Position numbers and translations under genes: made by a program. A stretch of DNA of 62,955 nt, filler included, from Basidiobolus ranarum (taxonomy: Eukaryota): assembly GCA_040143965.1 (NCBI GenBank). It is 49 parts of 49 records of this genome, joined end to end, with 100 filler letters (N's around TTAATTAATTAA, not from the genome) between each part and the next. Parts side by side here need not be neighbours in the genome. Positions count along the whole stretch, not along the records: positions 24,514 to 25,701 come from JASJQH010012957.1; positions 25,802 to 26,989 come from JASJQH010012958.1; positions 27,090 to 28,277 come from JASJQH010012959.1; positions 28,378 to 29,565 come from JASJQH010012960.1; positions 29,666 to 30,852 come from JASJQH010012961.1; positions 30,953 to 32,139 come from JASJQH010012962.1; positions 32,240 to 33,426 come from JASJQH010012963.1; positions 33,527 to 34,712 come from JASJQH010012964.1; 41 more parts are not named here. One strand, 5' to 3'. The notes under the pieces are model-generated. The model did no database searches. It was not told the origin of the DNA and saw nothing but the letters and a program-made list of their open reading frames with translations. Shown here piece by piece: positions 24,514 to 35,998 of this stretch. How positions within the stretch are numbered: the first letter of the stretch is position 1; every line of letters starts with the position of its first letter.

Positions 24514-25701
24514 TTTGATACAAAACTAAGAGTAAATGAGCAGTCAGGTTGACAGAGATGCGTGGGTTATCCCCAGAAATAGCTCGCAAGATAAGAGATA
24601 TTTGGGAACATTATGCAAATGAATAATTACATAGGGATATATTTCCAATTTGGAACTTGGTAATAATCCACTTGTTGTGATTTGAAATCGATTTGATCTG
24701 AGTTCTGGGCTGTGAGTTAATTATAGGCTATGAGTTAATTATGGGCTATGAGTTAATTATGGGCGATGAAATTAGCTAATTATGGGCTATGAGTTATGGG
24801 CTGTAATTCTACTTTATGCACGTCGCTTGTTTGGGATTTCAAGCAAGTGCTTAGTAATAAAAGAATCAATGTTCATAAGATTGAAAGAGAGATATTCGTT
24901 TTAGAAAGGCGACTTCCAAATTAGTTAAGTAACTGTTGTAACATTATTAATAGGGTTAGCAAGGATAAGGTGGAAGTTATATCGGATGGTGAGTCCTCAT
25001 TCCATGAAAAGGTTGGATTGACTCAGGTAATGCCTGGAGTGGGAGTGAGATCCTTGCGATACAGTATGTATATTGATGATGAAGTTGTCAAAGTTCTCAA
25101 CATTGAGGAACCCAGACCATCAAGCTACAAAATCTCTGGCCCCAATCATATACTCAAAGATCTTGAAGAATTAGGTGTCAATAGATATGCGTATATATTA
25201 TATTAATAAATATTACTAATGGATGCTATCACCATCTAACACTCGAGGCTATTCAAGTTTTTTATGTAATCCATATTGAAAGTTACATAATACAAGAAGT
25301 ACTAAATCAAATATAAGTATATCATAGTTGACTCTAGTAAATGATTTTCATATATTATTTTCTGTTGACTCTAGTAAATGATTTTCATATATTATTTTCT
25401 GTGGACGTTATACTACTATGTGAAGATTTAGTTACCTTAACTAATTCCATTAAGCTACCAACCGATGAATATATATGATAGATTGATAAAGGGTCGGTAG
25501 ATACATAGAAGGGCTATTTAATCAGGATATACGGGGAGAAGTCTACATCCCGAATATGTCATCTAAATATTGAAGTTCGATGCTTCAATCTTTGATACAA
25601 AACTAAGAGTAAATGAGCAGTCAGGTTGACAGAGATGCGTGGGTTATCCCCAGAAATAGCTCGCAAGATAAGAGATATTTGGGAACATTATGCAAATGAA
25701 T
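24514..25701. repeat. Contig with an exact 111-bp terminal direct repeat (1077-bp circular or tandem unit)
   Basis: 24514-24624 is identical to 25591-25701. Confidence 0.93.
24954..25206 (+). CDS. Type II peroxiredoxin (Prx5/Ahp1-like) last exon
   Basis: DKVEVISDG...F..VGL...GVRSLRYSMYIDDEVVKVLNIEE...S; preceded by a TAG acceptor. Confidence 0.75.
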
Positions 25702-25801
25702 NNNNNNNNNNNNNNNNNNNNNNNNNNNNNNNNNNNNNNNNNNNNTTAATTAATTAANNNNNNNNNNNNNNNNNNNNNNNNNNNNNNNNNNNNNNNNNNN
25801 N

Positions 25802-26106
25802 GTCATGCATCAGCTGAAGTCTTGGCAGTGAAAGATCATTGGTTATGAATCTTGTGACTCATATTGACTTGTGTCTAGGTAGATGACTCAGAGGTTAATA
25901 CTGATTGGATAATGATCATGTGATAGGTCATATGATCTGATAGAAGGGATAAGCAAATAGATAGTTGGTCAGGTGATAGGTCACATGATAAAGTCACTGG
26001 ATGAGGTCAGGTGACTAATTAGCAATAATGATAAACTAAACAGATATTCATGCAAGTTGTATAGATATGGCGTAAGTTAAACAACTTTGTATGTTGGTGC
26101 ACAACA
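25802..26106 (-). mobile_element. LTR family D, terminal part
   Basis: Matches 44142-44446 and the reverse of 43642-43710; shared terminus TGTTGTGCACC. Confidence 0.75.
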
Positions 26107-26242
26107 AAGTTGATTAAAATTATTGGCCAGCAAGCCTTTCCAATGGTTTATTTGTTTAGTGAGAAACCATCCAGAGCCAATGCAAATGCATGATCATATG
26201 TGTTCTCAAAGAAACATTGACTTTTCAGATTTTAGTTGTAAT

Positions 26243-26589
26243 TGTTGAAATTAGCATTGCCAAAACACCTATATAGTCATATATAGCTTAACACTTAGTT
26301 ATCTTATAATTCACTAAGATATTATCAATTATTCTCAATCAGAATTTACTTAGAATATGTTTACCAACTTAGAAGTTCTCAGATAAGTAGATTTTTCAAA
26401 CTGGTGCTAGAAGCCCCAAACCTTGCAAATATGTTCCTGGGACTTTCCTTAACATATTCTATATGTCAGTTTGTTTACATCTTGACAAAACTATAAATGT
26501 CAACTTTGTACTCAATAAATCAATAAGTGAAACCACCAATTCCTCTAATTCTCCAAACCACTTCCAACAGGCTCCCAAATACTGTAACA
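26243..26589 (+). mobile_element. Complete Copia LTR family B (TGTTG...AACA)
   Basis: Copies at 36698-37007, 46695-47042 (-, next to PPT) and 45305-45632 (-); followed by PBS. Confidence 0.9.
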
Positions 26590-26934
26590 GGTTATCAGCC
26601 CTGGTTAGTGCCAAATCCAGAAATCCTGCTTGAGGGGGAATGCTGAAAGTCTGGTGACTTGTGGTACAAGCAGTAATTCCTGAAGAGGAAAATATGGAGT
26701 ATGGTGACTGCATCTGAACACAAAGTCTAAGGACAATCAGTTGCTTGTGTAGCTGAAATGCCAAAGTACCATACATTGACAGACTAGGTTAAGGTTCCCT
26801 AGCAATATAGGCATAGCATACAAGGACTGGTAGCTCAGTGGTTAGAGCACCTTGCTGGAGTGAAGGAGGTCCCAGGTTCAAACCCTGGCCAGACCAATAT
26901 TTCTCCCTTGATAATTTCAACAGGTTATAAGCCC
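26590..26934 (+). mobile_element. TRIM-like miniature LTR element: PBS, about 30 bp, PPT, 282-bp LTR (family C) containing a tRNA-like sequence, PBS
   Basis: GGTTATCAGCCC at 26590, GAGGGGGAA at 26632-26640, LTR 26641-26922 TG(C/T)TGAAA...TTTCAACA, GGTTATAAGCCC at 26923; second LTR copy at 33527-33658 (-). Confidence 0.75.
26824..26896 (+). tRNA. tRNA-derived 73-nt cassette (pseudo-tRNA) inside an LTR
   Basis: Acceptor stem GGACTGG/CCAGACC (1 mismatch), D arm GCTC/GAGC, A box TAGCTCAGTGG, T arm CCAGG-TTCAAAC-CCTGG; anticodon arm imperfect. Confidence 0.75.
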
Positions 26935-27089
26935 CAAGCTTGCACTCTCTGTAATGTCTACTTCACAAATTTATGGAACTTTTCCCTCANNNNNNNNNNN
27001 NNNNNNNNNNNNNNNNNNNNNNNNNNNNNNNNNTTAATTAATTAANNNNNNNNNNNNNNNNNNNNNNNNNNNNNNNNNNNNNNNNNNNN

Positions 27090-27292
27090 CCGGATATTGA
27101 ATAATGCATGCCAAATTTGAGGATCAATATTTTAACATGTATGAATACCATCAAAATACCATCAAGAAACTGCCGTTACACCATCAAAATCCCTGGCAGA
27201 ATGCAAGCCACCTGAATTGTGAAGGTTCTATGATGGTTTGCTCTTTTGAAGGGTGGATCCAATCTGGATCAAATCAATTTTTTTTGTTAGGG
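27090..27292. mobile_element. CACTA right end (...TTTTGTTAGGG) inserted in a Copia protease region
   Basis: Reverse complement of 56104-56310. Confidence 0.8.
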
Positions 27293-28222
27293 GTTTATGT
27301 CAGTTTTGAGTGTCTTAAACTAGTTTTTTGATTAGAGAAATGTTGAGAGGCTCCAGAATCAATATACCACAACCTACAGTCTTGTTTAGAGGTCACTGAT
27401 AGGGCAGGAACGAATAAAACTTCCTCTTTGGTTGAAACCTGATTTGCTTGTTCTGACTTCTCACTTTTATTGTAATTTCTTGATTTGCAATATTTTATCT
27501 GGTGTCCTGGTTTGTTACAACTATAGCATAAACCTGGTTTCCTTCTTTTGTAACCTTTGTACTTGCCAAAGCTATGTTTTCTAGCTCCAAAAAGAGCCAC
27601 TTCCTCAGATTCTTTTCCCAAATTCTTACTTCTGAGTTGTTGACCCATTAGTCTTACTACCACAAACTCCAAAGACAACTTGTCAGATCTTGCTTCCAAA
27701 GCTGTGCCCAAGTTCAAATACTGTTCTGGTAGACTACTTAGAAGAGTCATAATGACATCTTCTTCCTGTAAAGTTGCACCAATATTTTCCAGTTGTTTTG
27801 CCAAAGACCTCACATTTTCAATATGAGTAACCATGCTTTCAGGCTTTTCCATCTTTATATTGAAGAATTTTTGTTGGAGAAAGAGTAAATTAGCAAGACT
27901 CTTTGCTTCATAACACTCTTCTGATATAGTCCAAGCTTGATGGGAAGTCTTTGCATATTGAATACTCACAAGTTATGAATCCTTCAAACTTTGACAAATG
28001 ACATTAAAGGCCTTCTTGTCGCTTATCTTGTAAGCTTCCAATAAGGAAGGGTCAGAAGGTTCCTTTTCATCTCCAGAGAATACATCCCAAAGCTACCTGT
28101 CTTCCAGCATGATTTGCATCTCAAACTTCCAGAAGTTGTAATTTTCTCCATCAAGCTTTTCAACACTTGAGTTAATAAAAGTGGTAGTAGTGGTTTTGTC
28201 ATGCTGTAAAGGTTAGAACATG
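27293..28222 (-). pseudogene. Copia family A gag and protease
   Basis: VEKLDGENYNFWKF, CYSCNKPGHQIKYC, WYIDSGASQH. Confidence 0.9.
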
Positions 28223-28377
28223 CCCTAATAGAAATTTGAGGATTGTTATTGTAGGAACACCGTCACAATTTTAATCCNNNNNNNNNNNNNNNNNNNNNNN
28301 NNNNNNNNNNNNNNNNNNNNNTTAATTAATTAANNNNNNNNNNNNNNNNNNNNNNNNNNNNNNNNNNNNNNNNNNNN

Positions 28378-29565
28378 GATATCATCTTCTGTTGACTACT
28401 TTTGCTTCTTGAGTTGATTCCAGGGTAGACTATATCTGTTAGAAATTGAAGGCGTTTGACTAAGTCTTCAGTGTTGATTGGTTTGAGTAGAACATCTTGA
28501 TAGTTCTGTAGTGGGTTGAACATTCTTCCAAACATAAGTGAGAATGGAGTGGATCCATGGAGTGCAGCAATCTTGGTATTGATAGCATATTGAACCATTG
28601 GGATTGACTTGTCCCAATTTTTCTTGACTCCTTTGATGGATTTACGGATTATGTTCACAGAAGTTTGAACATGTCTTTCTGCAAGTCCATTAGCTTTAGG
28701 ATGATAGGGAGTGATCAGTCTGTGATCAATGGCAGAGTTACGGCAGAGTTCTTTGATGACTTGGTTAACAAACTCAGTTCCATTATCAGATTGAATGATT
28801 TTGGGGAATCCAAAGAGGCAGAATAGCTTGAATAAGGCTTGGGCAATGGTAGTAGCAAATTTGTCTGGTAGAGCTTTGAGAAAAACAAAACGTGTACAAA
28901 CATCTACTATCACAAAGAGGTAGTGATTTCCATCATCACTGGTTGTGAATGGTCCAGCTAGATCAATAGCAATATGATCCATAGGGAGTTCAGCATGTAT
29001 TGCAGTCAAAGGGTGAAATCCATGGCATGTGATATTGTAAAGTTGACATTCTCTGCAAGACTTTACATAATCAAGGCAGTCAGACTTGATGTTGGGCCAG
29101 TGGTATCCATTGGAGTGCAACTTCTTCATAAGTGTATCAGCTCCAAAGTGTCCTAGTAGGTGGCATTGCTGAATGAGATTGTTCCTTTCATTTTGCGGTG
29201 GGCAAATTCTGGAATCTGGGTCTTGCTGGGGGATTGAGTTGGTAGTAGTTGTAAGTTTGCTGATTACATCAGTAATCACATGTCCCTCCCAGGGGGAAGT
29301 TGGAAAGAGTCTGGAGAGGTGATCAGGTAGAATATTGAGAATTCCAGGGCGGTGAATTATAGTGTAATCATAATCCAGTAGAGTATCCAGCCAGTTGGTC
29401 AGCATTGGTGTTAGAGTCTTCTGAGTGTGAATGTAAACAAGTGCTCAGTGGTTGGTGTAAAGAGTAAAATGATTTCCCCAGAGGTACTGGTGAAATTTCT
29501 TGAGGGCAAACACAATGGCTAGTAATTCCTTCTTAGTAGCAGAATAATTACGTTCAGCAGGCTGC
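28378..29565 (-). mobile_element. Ty3/Gypsy pol fragment (RNase H and integrase)
   Basis: NYSATKKELLAIVFAL, HLLGHFG..CRECQ, IDLAGP, IIQSDNGTEF, PYHPKANGLAER. Confidence 0.95.
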
Positions 29566-29665
29566 NNNNNNNNNNNNNNNNNNNNNNNNNNNNNNNNNNN
29601 NNNNNNNNNTTAATTAATTAANNNNNNNNNNNNNNNNNNNNNNNNNNNNNNNNNNNNNNNNNNNN

Positions 29666-30096
29666 CTAACAAGAGGCCCTAAGGATGGATACTGGCAAAG
29701 AGGCAAAAGCTTTATAATGACATATTCACCCATTTTAGAGCAAGAGTAGAACATAGCTTTGGTTTCCTAAAGAGATATAGCATTGTAGAAGGAAAGTATA
29801 GAGGAAAAGCATTTTGTGGGCCTCAATCAAAGTAAGGCAAGGAGTTAAAATCTCAAATAATTCTCAATACATTCAGACTCAAAGGTATCCATTAAGAGCT
29901 CTAGACTTAAAACATTATGAACAAAGCTTTCATCATCTTTTGAATGTGCAATAATGTCTAAAAGTAATTTTCCTAAATATATCTACTGCTCTGGAGATGG
30001 TAAGTAACATCATGCAGATAGTACCCAATTGTGCCAATTTGGGCTGGCATATTCTTTAGCTGGCCTGATCTAGCTCAATAAAATGAAACAAGTCTA
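29666..30096 (+). mobile_element. PIF/Harbinger-like (DDE_Tnp_4/IS5-type) transposase C-terminus and end B
   Basis: Manual translation KRP*GWILAKRQKLYNDIFTHFRARVEHSFGFLKRYSIVEGKYRGK; terminus ...AACAAGTCTA. Confidence 0.75.
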
Positions 30097-30852
30097 TAGA
30101 ATCAAGATCAGAGCCATTGACAATGGAATATAGTGGTGCTAGGCTTTTCAATGAGCAATTAAGGAGATATAATTCTCAGCACAATAAGGCAAATCAATCA
30201 TCTTCAATTATTGTATGAAGTCAGGCTTTTTATTCAAAGATTGCACAAAATGGTTTTTGCCTAAAAGCTAAAATCTTAACATGCAAACTGGCAAACACAG
30301 AGAGGGATCATCTATTTGTGTCTGCCCTATCAGTAACCACTGTGTAAGACTTGTAAACATGCTGTATTGATTCAGAGGCTTCCAAGCATATGTCAAACAA
30401 GTAAGATTGGATTTCCAGCTTAAACTACATCTAAATAAGGACAGCTTACTTTTGTGATGACTATGTGCTAGATGCAGTTGGTAAGGGCACAGTTGTTCAC
30501 TTCTTAGACCAAAATTGTGCTACATCATCAGTAAAATTGGATGCTGTACTCTTAGTACTAAAGACAGCCAAGAATCTACTGTCAGTAAGCCAAGCACCAG
30601 CTCAAGGATTAAATTTGGGGCTAGCAGGGCTGGTTGCACCAACACAGAGCAGTTTAATATGAAAATAGCTATGGGATCAAAACTTGTGCAAGCTGGAAAT
30701 CAACAAACTGCATTTTGAGTATGCAGGCTTGGCCATGAACCTATTCTCATTACTTAGCACCCAATTCTGTCATTACAAAATGTGTGTATTGCTCAAACTG
30801 ATAGCAATATCAATTACGTCACTTTTACCAATTTTCTATTTTCTCAGAACTT
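30097..30852 (+). pseudogene. Degenerate Copia family E gag-protease plus LTR E fragment
   Basis: Homologous to 57190-57827 and to 9960-10060. Confidence 0.8.
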
Positions 30853-30952
30853 NNNNNNNNNNNNNNNNNNNNNNNNNNNNNNNNNNNNNNNNNNNNTTAA
30901 TTAATTAANNNNNNNNNNNNNNNNNNNNNNNNNNNNNNNNNNNNNNNNNNNN

Positions 30953-32139
30953 AAGTAACTTGTATAAGCTTCATTATATTAGGCCAATTTATGAACAAGT
31001 CAATACTGCCACAGCTGAAGAGCTAGACTTTACAGTCTGGCATAGGAGATTGGGTCATATATGAGCTGAAAATATGAGCAATTTAATCAAAAGCTAAATG
31101 GCTTTGGGACTAAATTTTGTAATTCCACCAGATCTGGAGCTATGTGAAGGTTGCCTATATGGGAGGCAACACGTATAGCTGCTTGTGGGCTCTGGAATGA
31201 GCAAAATTGATCAAAAATTGGGCCTGATATACTCAGATCTGTGTGGCCCAATGCAGACAAAATCCTTGGGTGGAAAAAGGGATTTTATGACCTTTATTGA
31301 TGATGAGACAAAGTATTCTTGGGTGTACTTTCTGGCCTGTGAGGATGAAGCCTTTGATTCCTTCAAGAAATTCTAAGCAATGGTTAAGCCTGAAACAGGT
31401 CTAAAGATCAAGATTTTCCATACTGATAATGGAGAGGAATATTCCTCAAAACTCTTCTCTAACTTCTGCTCAACACATGGGATAGAACAGCAGACTACAG
31501 TGACGTATTCCCCACAGCAGAATGCAGTAGCAGACTGTGCAAACAGATCAATAATGGAAAAGGCAAGATCAATGCTTCTTAATGAAGATTTACTAAAACA
31601 ATTCTGAGCTGAATTGGTTACAACTGCAGTATATATTAGGAATAGATGTCCTTCTAGATCTCTATTGGCTATGACACCATATCAAGCTTAGTTTGAAAGA
31701 AAACCTGATAAGGCTAATCTCAGAGTTTTTGGATGTACTTCACATGCAATGATTCCAGACCAGAAGAGATCAGAATTAGACTAAAAAAGCCAGAGATGTC
31801 TTTTTTTTGGGATATTGTGATGGTACCAAAGGGTACAGACTGTATGACACTGTAAATAAGAGGCCATTCAAGTCAAGGGATATGGAATTTGCTGAAGAAG
31901 AAAAATTTTCAATCAAAACAAACCAGGATCAAGGAAAACAAGCAAAAGTGATGAAAATTTTTCTTTCTCTCACCAGATTTTGATCAGTGAAGAAAACACT
32001 GGAAATTCCACTTCTTCAGTCTCCTCAACCAAGTCTGAGGTGGTTTCATTGCCTAAATTGGTACCAGAAGCTTTAGTGCTAATTTAGCACTTTCTTATGA
32101 ACCCAAATCAGTACAGGAGGCTGTGGAGAGTCCCAACAC
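30953..32139 (+). pseudogene. Copia integrase, degenerate
   Basis: WHRRLGH, SDLCGPMQTKSLGG, HTDNGEEY, YSPQQN. Confidence 0.92.
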
Positions 32140-32239
32140 NNNNNNNNNNNNNNNNNNNNNNNNNNNNNNNNNNNNNNNNNNNNTTAATTAATTAANNNNN
32201 NNNNNNNNNNNNNNNNNNNNNNNNNNNNNNNNNNNNNNN

Positions 32240-32696
32240 ATGACCTTCTTACGGAGATCGGGCTTACCCTTCTTGACAGTGGCCATGCCCATGTCTCCAA
32301 CACCGGCGGCAGGGAGACGGTTTAATCTACCCTTAATACCAGTGACGGCAATGATGTAAAGATTCTTGGCTCCAGAGTTGTCGGCACAATTGATGACGGC
32401 ACCAACTGGGAGACCGCGAGACATACGGAATTTGTTACCAGAAGCTCCTCCGCGTCCTAATCATAGACAGAAAACATTAGCAAAAGTGATAGCTGCATTG
32501 ATTGCTGCACGAAAGAAATAATATGAATGTAGAGATGATTGTATGAGCTATCGATCAATATTCTCTACTCATCCATCCACATACAATTACAACTCTACTA
32601 CAGAAAGAAGTTTTTAAACACATTTCTAGCAGATGTCTACAACTAACATAATAGAGACCTATGCAAGCTAATACAATACATACCGCGCTTAGACAT
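32240..32696 (-). CDS. RPL23: 60S ribosomal protein L23 (uL14), 5' part; exon 1 32684-32696, intron 32457-32683, exon 2 from 32456
   Basis: [36 protein letters not shown]...[18 protein letters not shown]...TTAG intron. Confidence 0.95.
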
Positions 32697-33138
32697 GTTG
32701 AAACGGTAAGTGGTGGAAAAAGAAAGAAGTCCTTAGGCCAAAGTATCCATTTTGTTCTTGTGTAGGATCCATTTCTCACAACAAAAATGTGCACGTCACG
32801 GGATGAATTTTTTTCTTTCGATTCAGTGATTTTTTTGATCTGTACTCAATATATTCAGACTACCTTATTAATAACTGTCTAGTATATGTTAGATTTTAAA
32901 TCCAACTGAGATACTTGGCTGCAATATTATCACAGAAATTTTTTCCGGACGTTTGCACCCAATTCTACTAGGTAGAATTCTTTTAGTGTCAATGATATTT
33001 AATTCGAGACTGAAGTAAGGCTGTATTATTTATAGATAATTCATTTGAATATGATGTTATAACGATTTCTATAGCATGCAATTTTTTAATTAAAAATAAA
33101 TGGGGAGAATGTGGTCAAGAATATTCGGTTTGACATGT

Positions 33139-33426
33139 TTACAAAATCATATTAATTGGGTTTTCCATGTAGAACTTGAACTTGTTCAAGAAGTTACCAG
33201 CAATGGAAGCGTCAACAACACGATCATCAATACTGAGGTTAACTGTCATGACTTGTCTGGTTTTCAAACTTCCATTAACTGGGGTATTGTATGAGAATTT
33301 GGACTCGCCTGATAGATAGTCGAACATATCAGGCTCAAAGGTAGATTCAACAATAGTCTCTGTTTATCTTGGAATTAAATAAGTGTCGTCTTCACTTAAT
33401 TCTATATTTGTTCCACCGACAGCCAT
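33139..33426 (-). CDS. 2-oxoacid dehydrogenase E2 / E3-binding-protein-like C-terminus, with an in-frame stop
   Basis: MAVG...VMTVNLSIDDRVVDASIAGNFLNKFKFYMENPINMIL*. Confidence 0.7.
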
Positions 33427-33526
33427 NNNNNNNNNNNNNNNNNNNNNNNNNNNNNNNNNNNNNNNNNNNNTTAATTAATTAANNNNNNNNNNNNNNNNNN
33501 NNNNNNNNNNNNNNNNNNNNNNNNNN

Positions 33527-33658
33527 ATGGGTCTTAGGTATTTCAGCTATACAAGCAACTGATTGGCCGTAGACTTTGTGTTCAGATGCAGTCACCATAC
33601 ACCATATTTTCCTCTTTAGGAATAACTGACTGCACCACAAGTCAGCAGACTTTCAACA
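33527..33658 (-). mobile_element. 5' part of LTR family C (the tRNA-bearing LTR)
   Basis: Reverse complement matches 26641-26772 and begins TGTTGAAAG. Confidence 0.85.
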
Positions 33659-34149
33659 GACATATATTGGAAAGCTCATGAATCAATGTATCACATTTCT
33701 GCATCCTCTTTATTGGTTACTGATGGGGCAGACATAAATAGATGATTCCTATCAGTTCTCACTGTATTTGCTTGTACTTATAACTATTAAATAGGACTAT
33801 TGGATATGCTTAGAGCATAAAAAACATGCCTGTTAAGCATGGGAAAAAATTTGAGGTGATTAGGGAAGTTTTGATAAAATAGTAAAAATTGGTAAAAGTG
33901 ACCCAATTGATATTTTTATTCATTAAAGCAATATGCTCACATTGTGGTATTGCTGCTTCTCATTATGGCTGGAATATAAAGCCAAAAGTATCTGAATATT
34001 TGCATGCATAGTGTTTTGAAATTGTATTGAAGTACACTCAGAAATTTGCCATTCAATAGTTGGTTTTTCCCATCAATGTTGTAAACTTAGATAGCATATG
34101 CTAAATACATTGACAACTCTGGCAATAGTGTCCTAACATATTATTTTGT

Positions 34150-34601
34150 GATCTGCCATCACCATCAAAAGTTGCTTCATAGTCTCATTGGGCAGTGGTA
34201 GATATTTACTTAGAGCATCATTTGTCTTTCAAGTTGAGGCTACAATGGTTGATCTGTTCCATACATGCAAAAGTGCCACTGGAATTATAACTCTGCAGTC
34301 CCAAAGCCAAATTTTCTATTTCTCATTTCATGCTTTCTATCCATTTGAGTTTTTTTGTACATTTTCTTGCTGACATCTTAAGGCATGAAGATGGAGTATT
34401 CTTTTCAAAGTAGAGTCAATAGTTGCTTCCACTTTTGTCAAATGCCCCTTTCACCAACTCTGTGAAATTTATTACCAACTCCCATGTTTCTAAGCTAGAA
34501 TTCATAGTGAATTCCTGGGCATCTGTAAAATCAATGTGCATGCACTGCTTTGCACCACCTTCACCTTGATTTGACTACACATGCAACATTTTGGAAGTGG
34601 T
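34150..34601 (-). pseudogene. Degenerate copy of the Myb/SANT-like ORF
   Basis: Colinear with 57980-58433. Confidence 0.8.
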
Positions 34602-34712
34602 ATTGGAATTAAAATTTCGTAAAGTCCGTAATTGGGTTTGAGAAATAAAATCCGAAAGATTGGAATTAAAATTTCGTAAAGTCCGTAATTGGGTTTGAAA
34701 AATAAAATTCGA
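34602..34712. repeat. About 57-bp tandem repeat, two copies before the contig end
   Basis: ATTGGAATTAAAATTTCGTAAAGTCCGTAATTGGGTTTGA.AAATAAAAT.CGA twice. Confidence 0.85.
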
Positions 34713-34884
34713 NNNNNNNNNNNNNNNNNNNNNNNNNNNNNNNNNNNNNNNNNNNNTTAATTAATTAANNNNNNNNNNNNNNNNNNNNNNNNNNNNNNNN
34801 NNNNNNNNNNNNACCCATGCCTATATTTTAAGAATTAAGGTTTAAGTTAGAATTAAGATATATGAATATTTAGTTGACTGGGAG

Positions 34885-35998
34885 AGTTGAAGCTTATTGT
34901 CTTCATCATATTTGCTCTCTATCTTTATTCACCTAACTATCTCATATATTACATTTAAGTTAGCTAACATTACTTAGTCAAATATCACTTAACTGCAAAT
35001 CAGAACATATATTACATATATATGTGAAAAATGTGAGAATTAGCAACTCCATATTGAAAATTTCAAACTGGTCCAAATTGCCCCAAAGATAGCTCATATT
35101 ACTCCCACAGATGTTTGGAACACAACACCAATGTTAGTTTTTGGTATTTCCACCAAAATGTATAAATGCTTCACTTTTGGACCATAAATAATTATCTCAC
35201 AAATCTATTCTCAACTCCACTTCTCAAAAGTTCCTCCAAACAGCCCATATTTTCCCTATATTAAGATTCAGTCAAGTACATAGGCAATTTTTTCATATAA
35301 TAGTTTCACACTATTATACCTTAGATGACCCAAGCACTGATGCTAAGTCATCAAGTTCTCAGAAGTAATTGTTGCAAAGTTAGAAACAGTCTCAGTTATT
35401 GGTGCAATATCCAGGTGATGTAGATTCCCAATTCTTGTTCCAGATGCTACTATATTTCCTTGTAGTCATGCATTGTGTTTCTATTGTGACACATATGCTC
35501 ACTTGCACCAGAATCTAGAATCCATACATCAACAGAGTCATTTCCCTATTCAGATGTTTCCTTAAGTACACAGAGTTCATTTCCTCTTTTAGTGGTGTTA
35601 TATGCTTCCTTTTTCTTTGAAACCCATTTCTTCTTTAATCTGCAATAAAATGCTATATGTCCCAGTTTTCCACATTTGTAACATCTCACAGTGCTCCTTT
35701 CTGGTTGGCTATTTTGAGAATAAAATGCTTGTGTAGTTTTTGTTGCATCTGCAAGCTGACTTTTGTCTTTCCTTTTGAATTCATCTTGACATAGACAAGA
35801 GATCAGATAATGCTGAGTAAGCTTATCCCCAATTGCTTGCAAAGTGAGTACAAGGGCTGAATATCATTCAGGGAGACCATTGATTAAGGTAAGAATTATA
35901 TCCATTTCAGGTACTTCATAATTCACTGATTCCAGTTGTTGGGCAAGTTTCTTGACACAATTTACATATGTCATAATATCTGAATCCTCAGACATACA
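34885..35998. mobile_element. LTR family A (34885-35260) followed by a Copia gag-protease fragment (-)
   Basis: LTR match; CYKCGKLGHIAFYC, WILDSGAS. Confidence 0.85.

Noticed and set aside
26824-26896. Functional tRNA-Ser(GGA)
   Set aside because: No long variable arm, mismatches in the acceptor and anticodon stems, and it lies within an LTR; treated as tRNA-derived.
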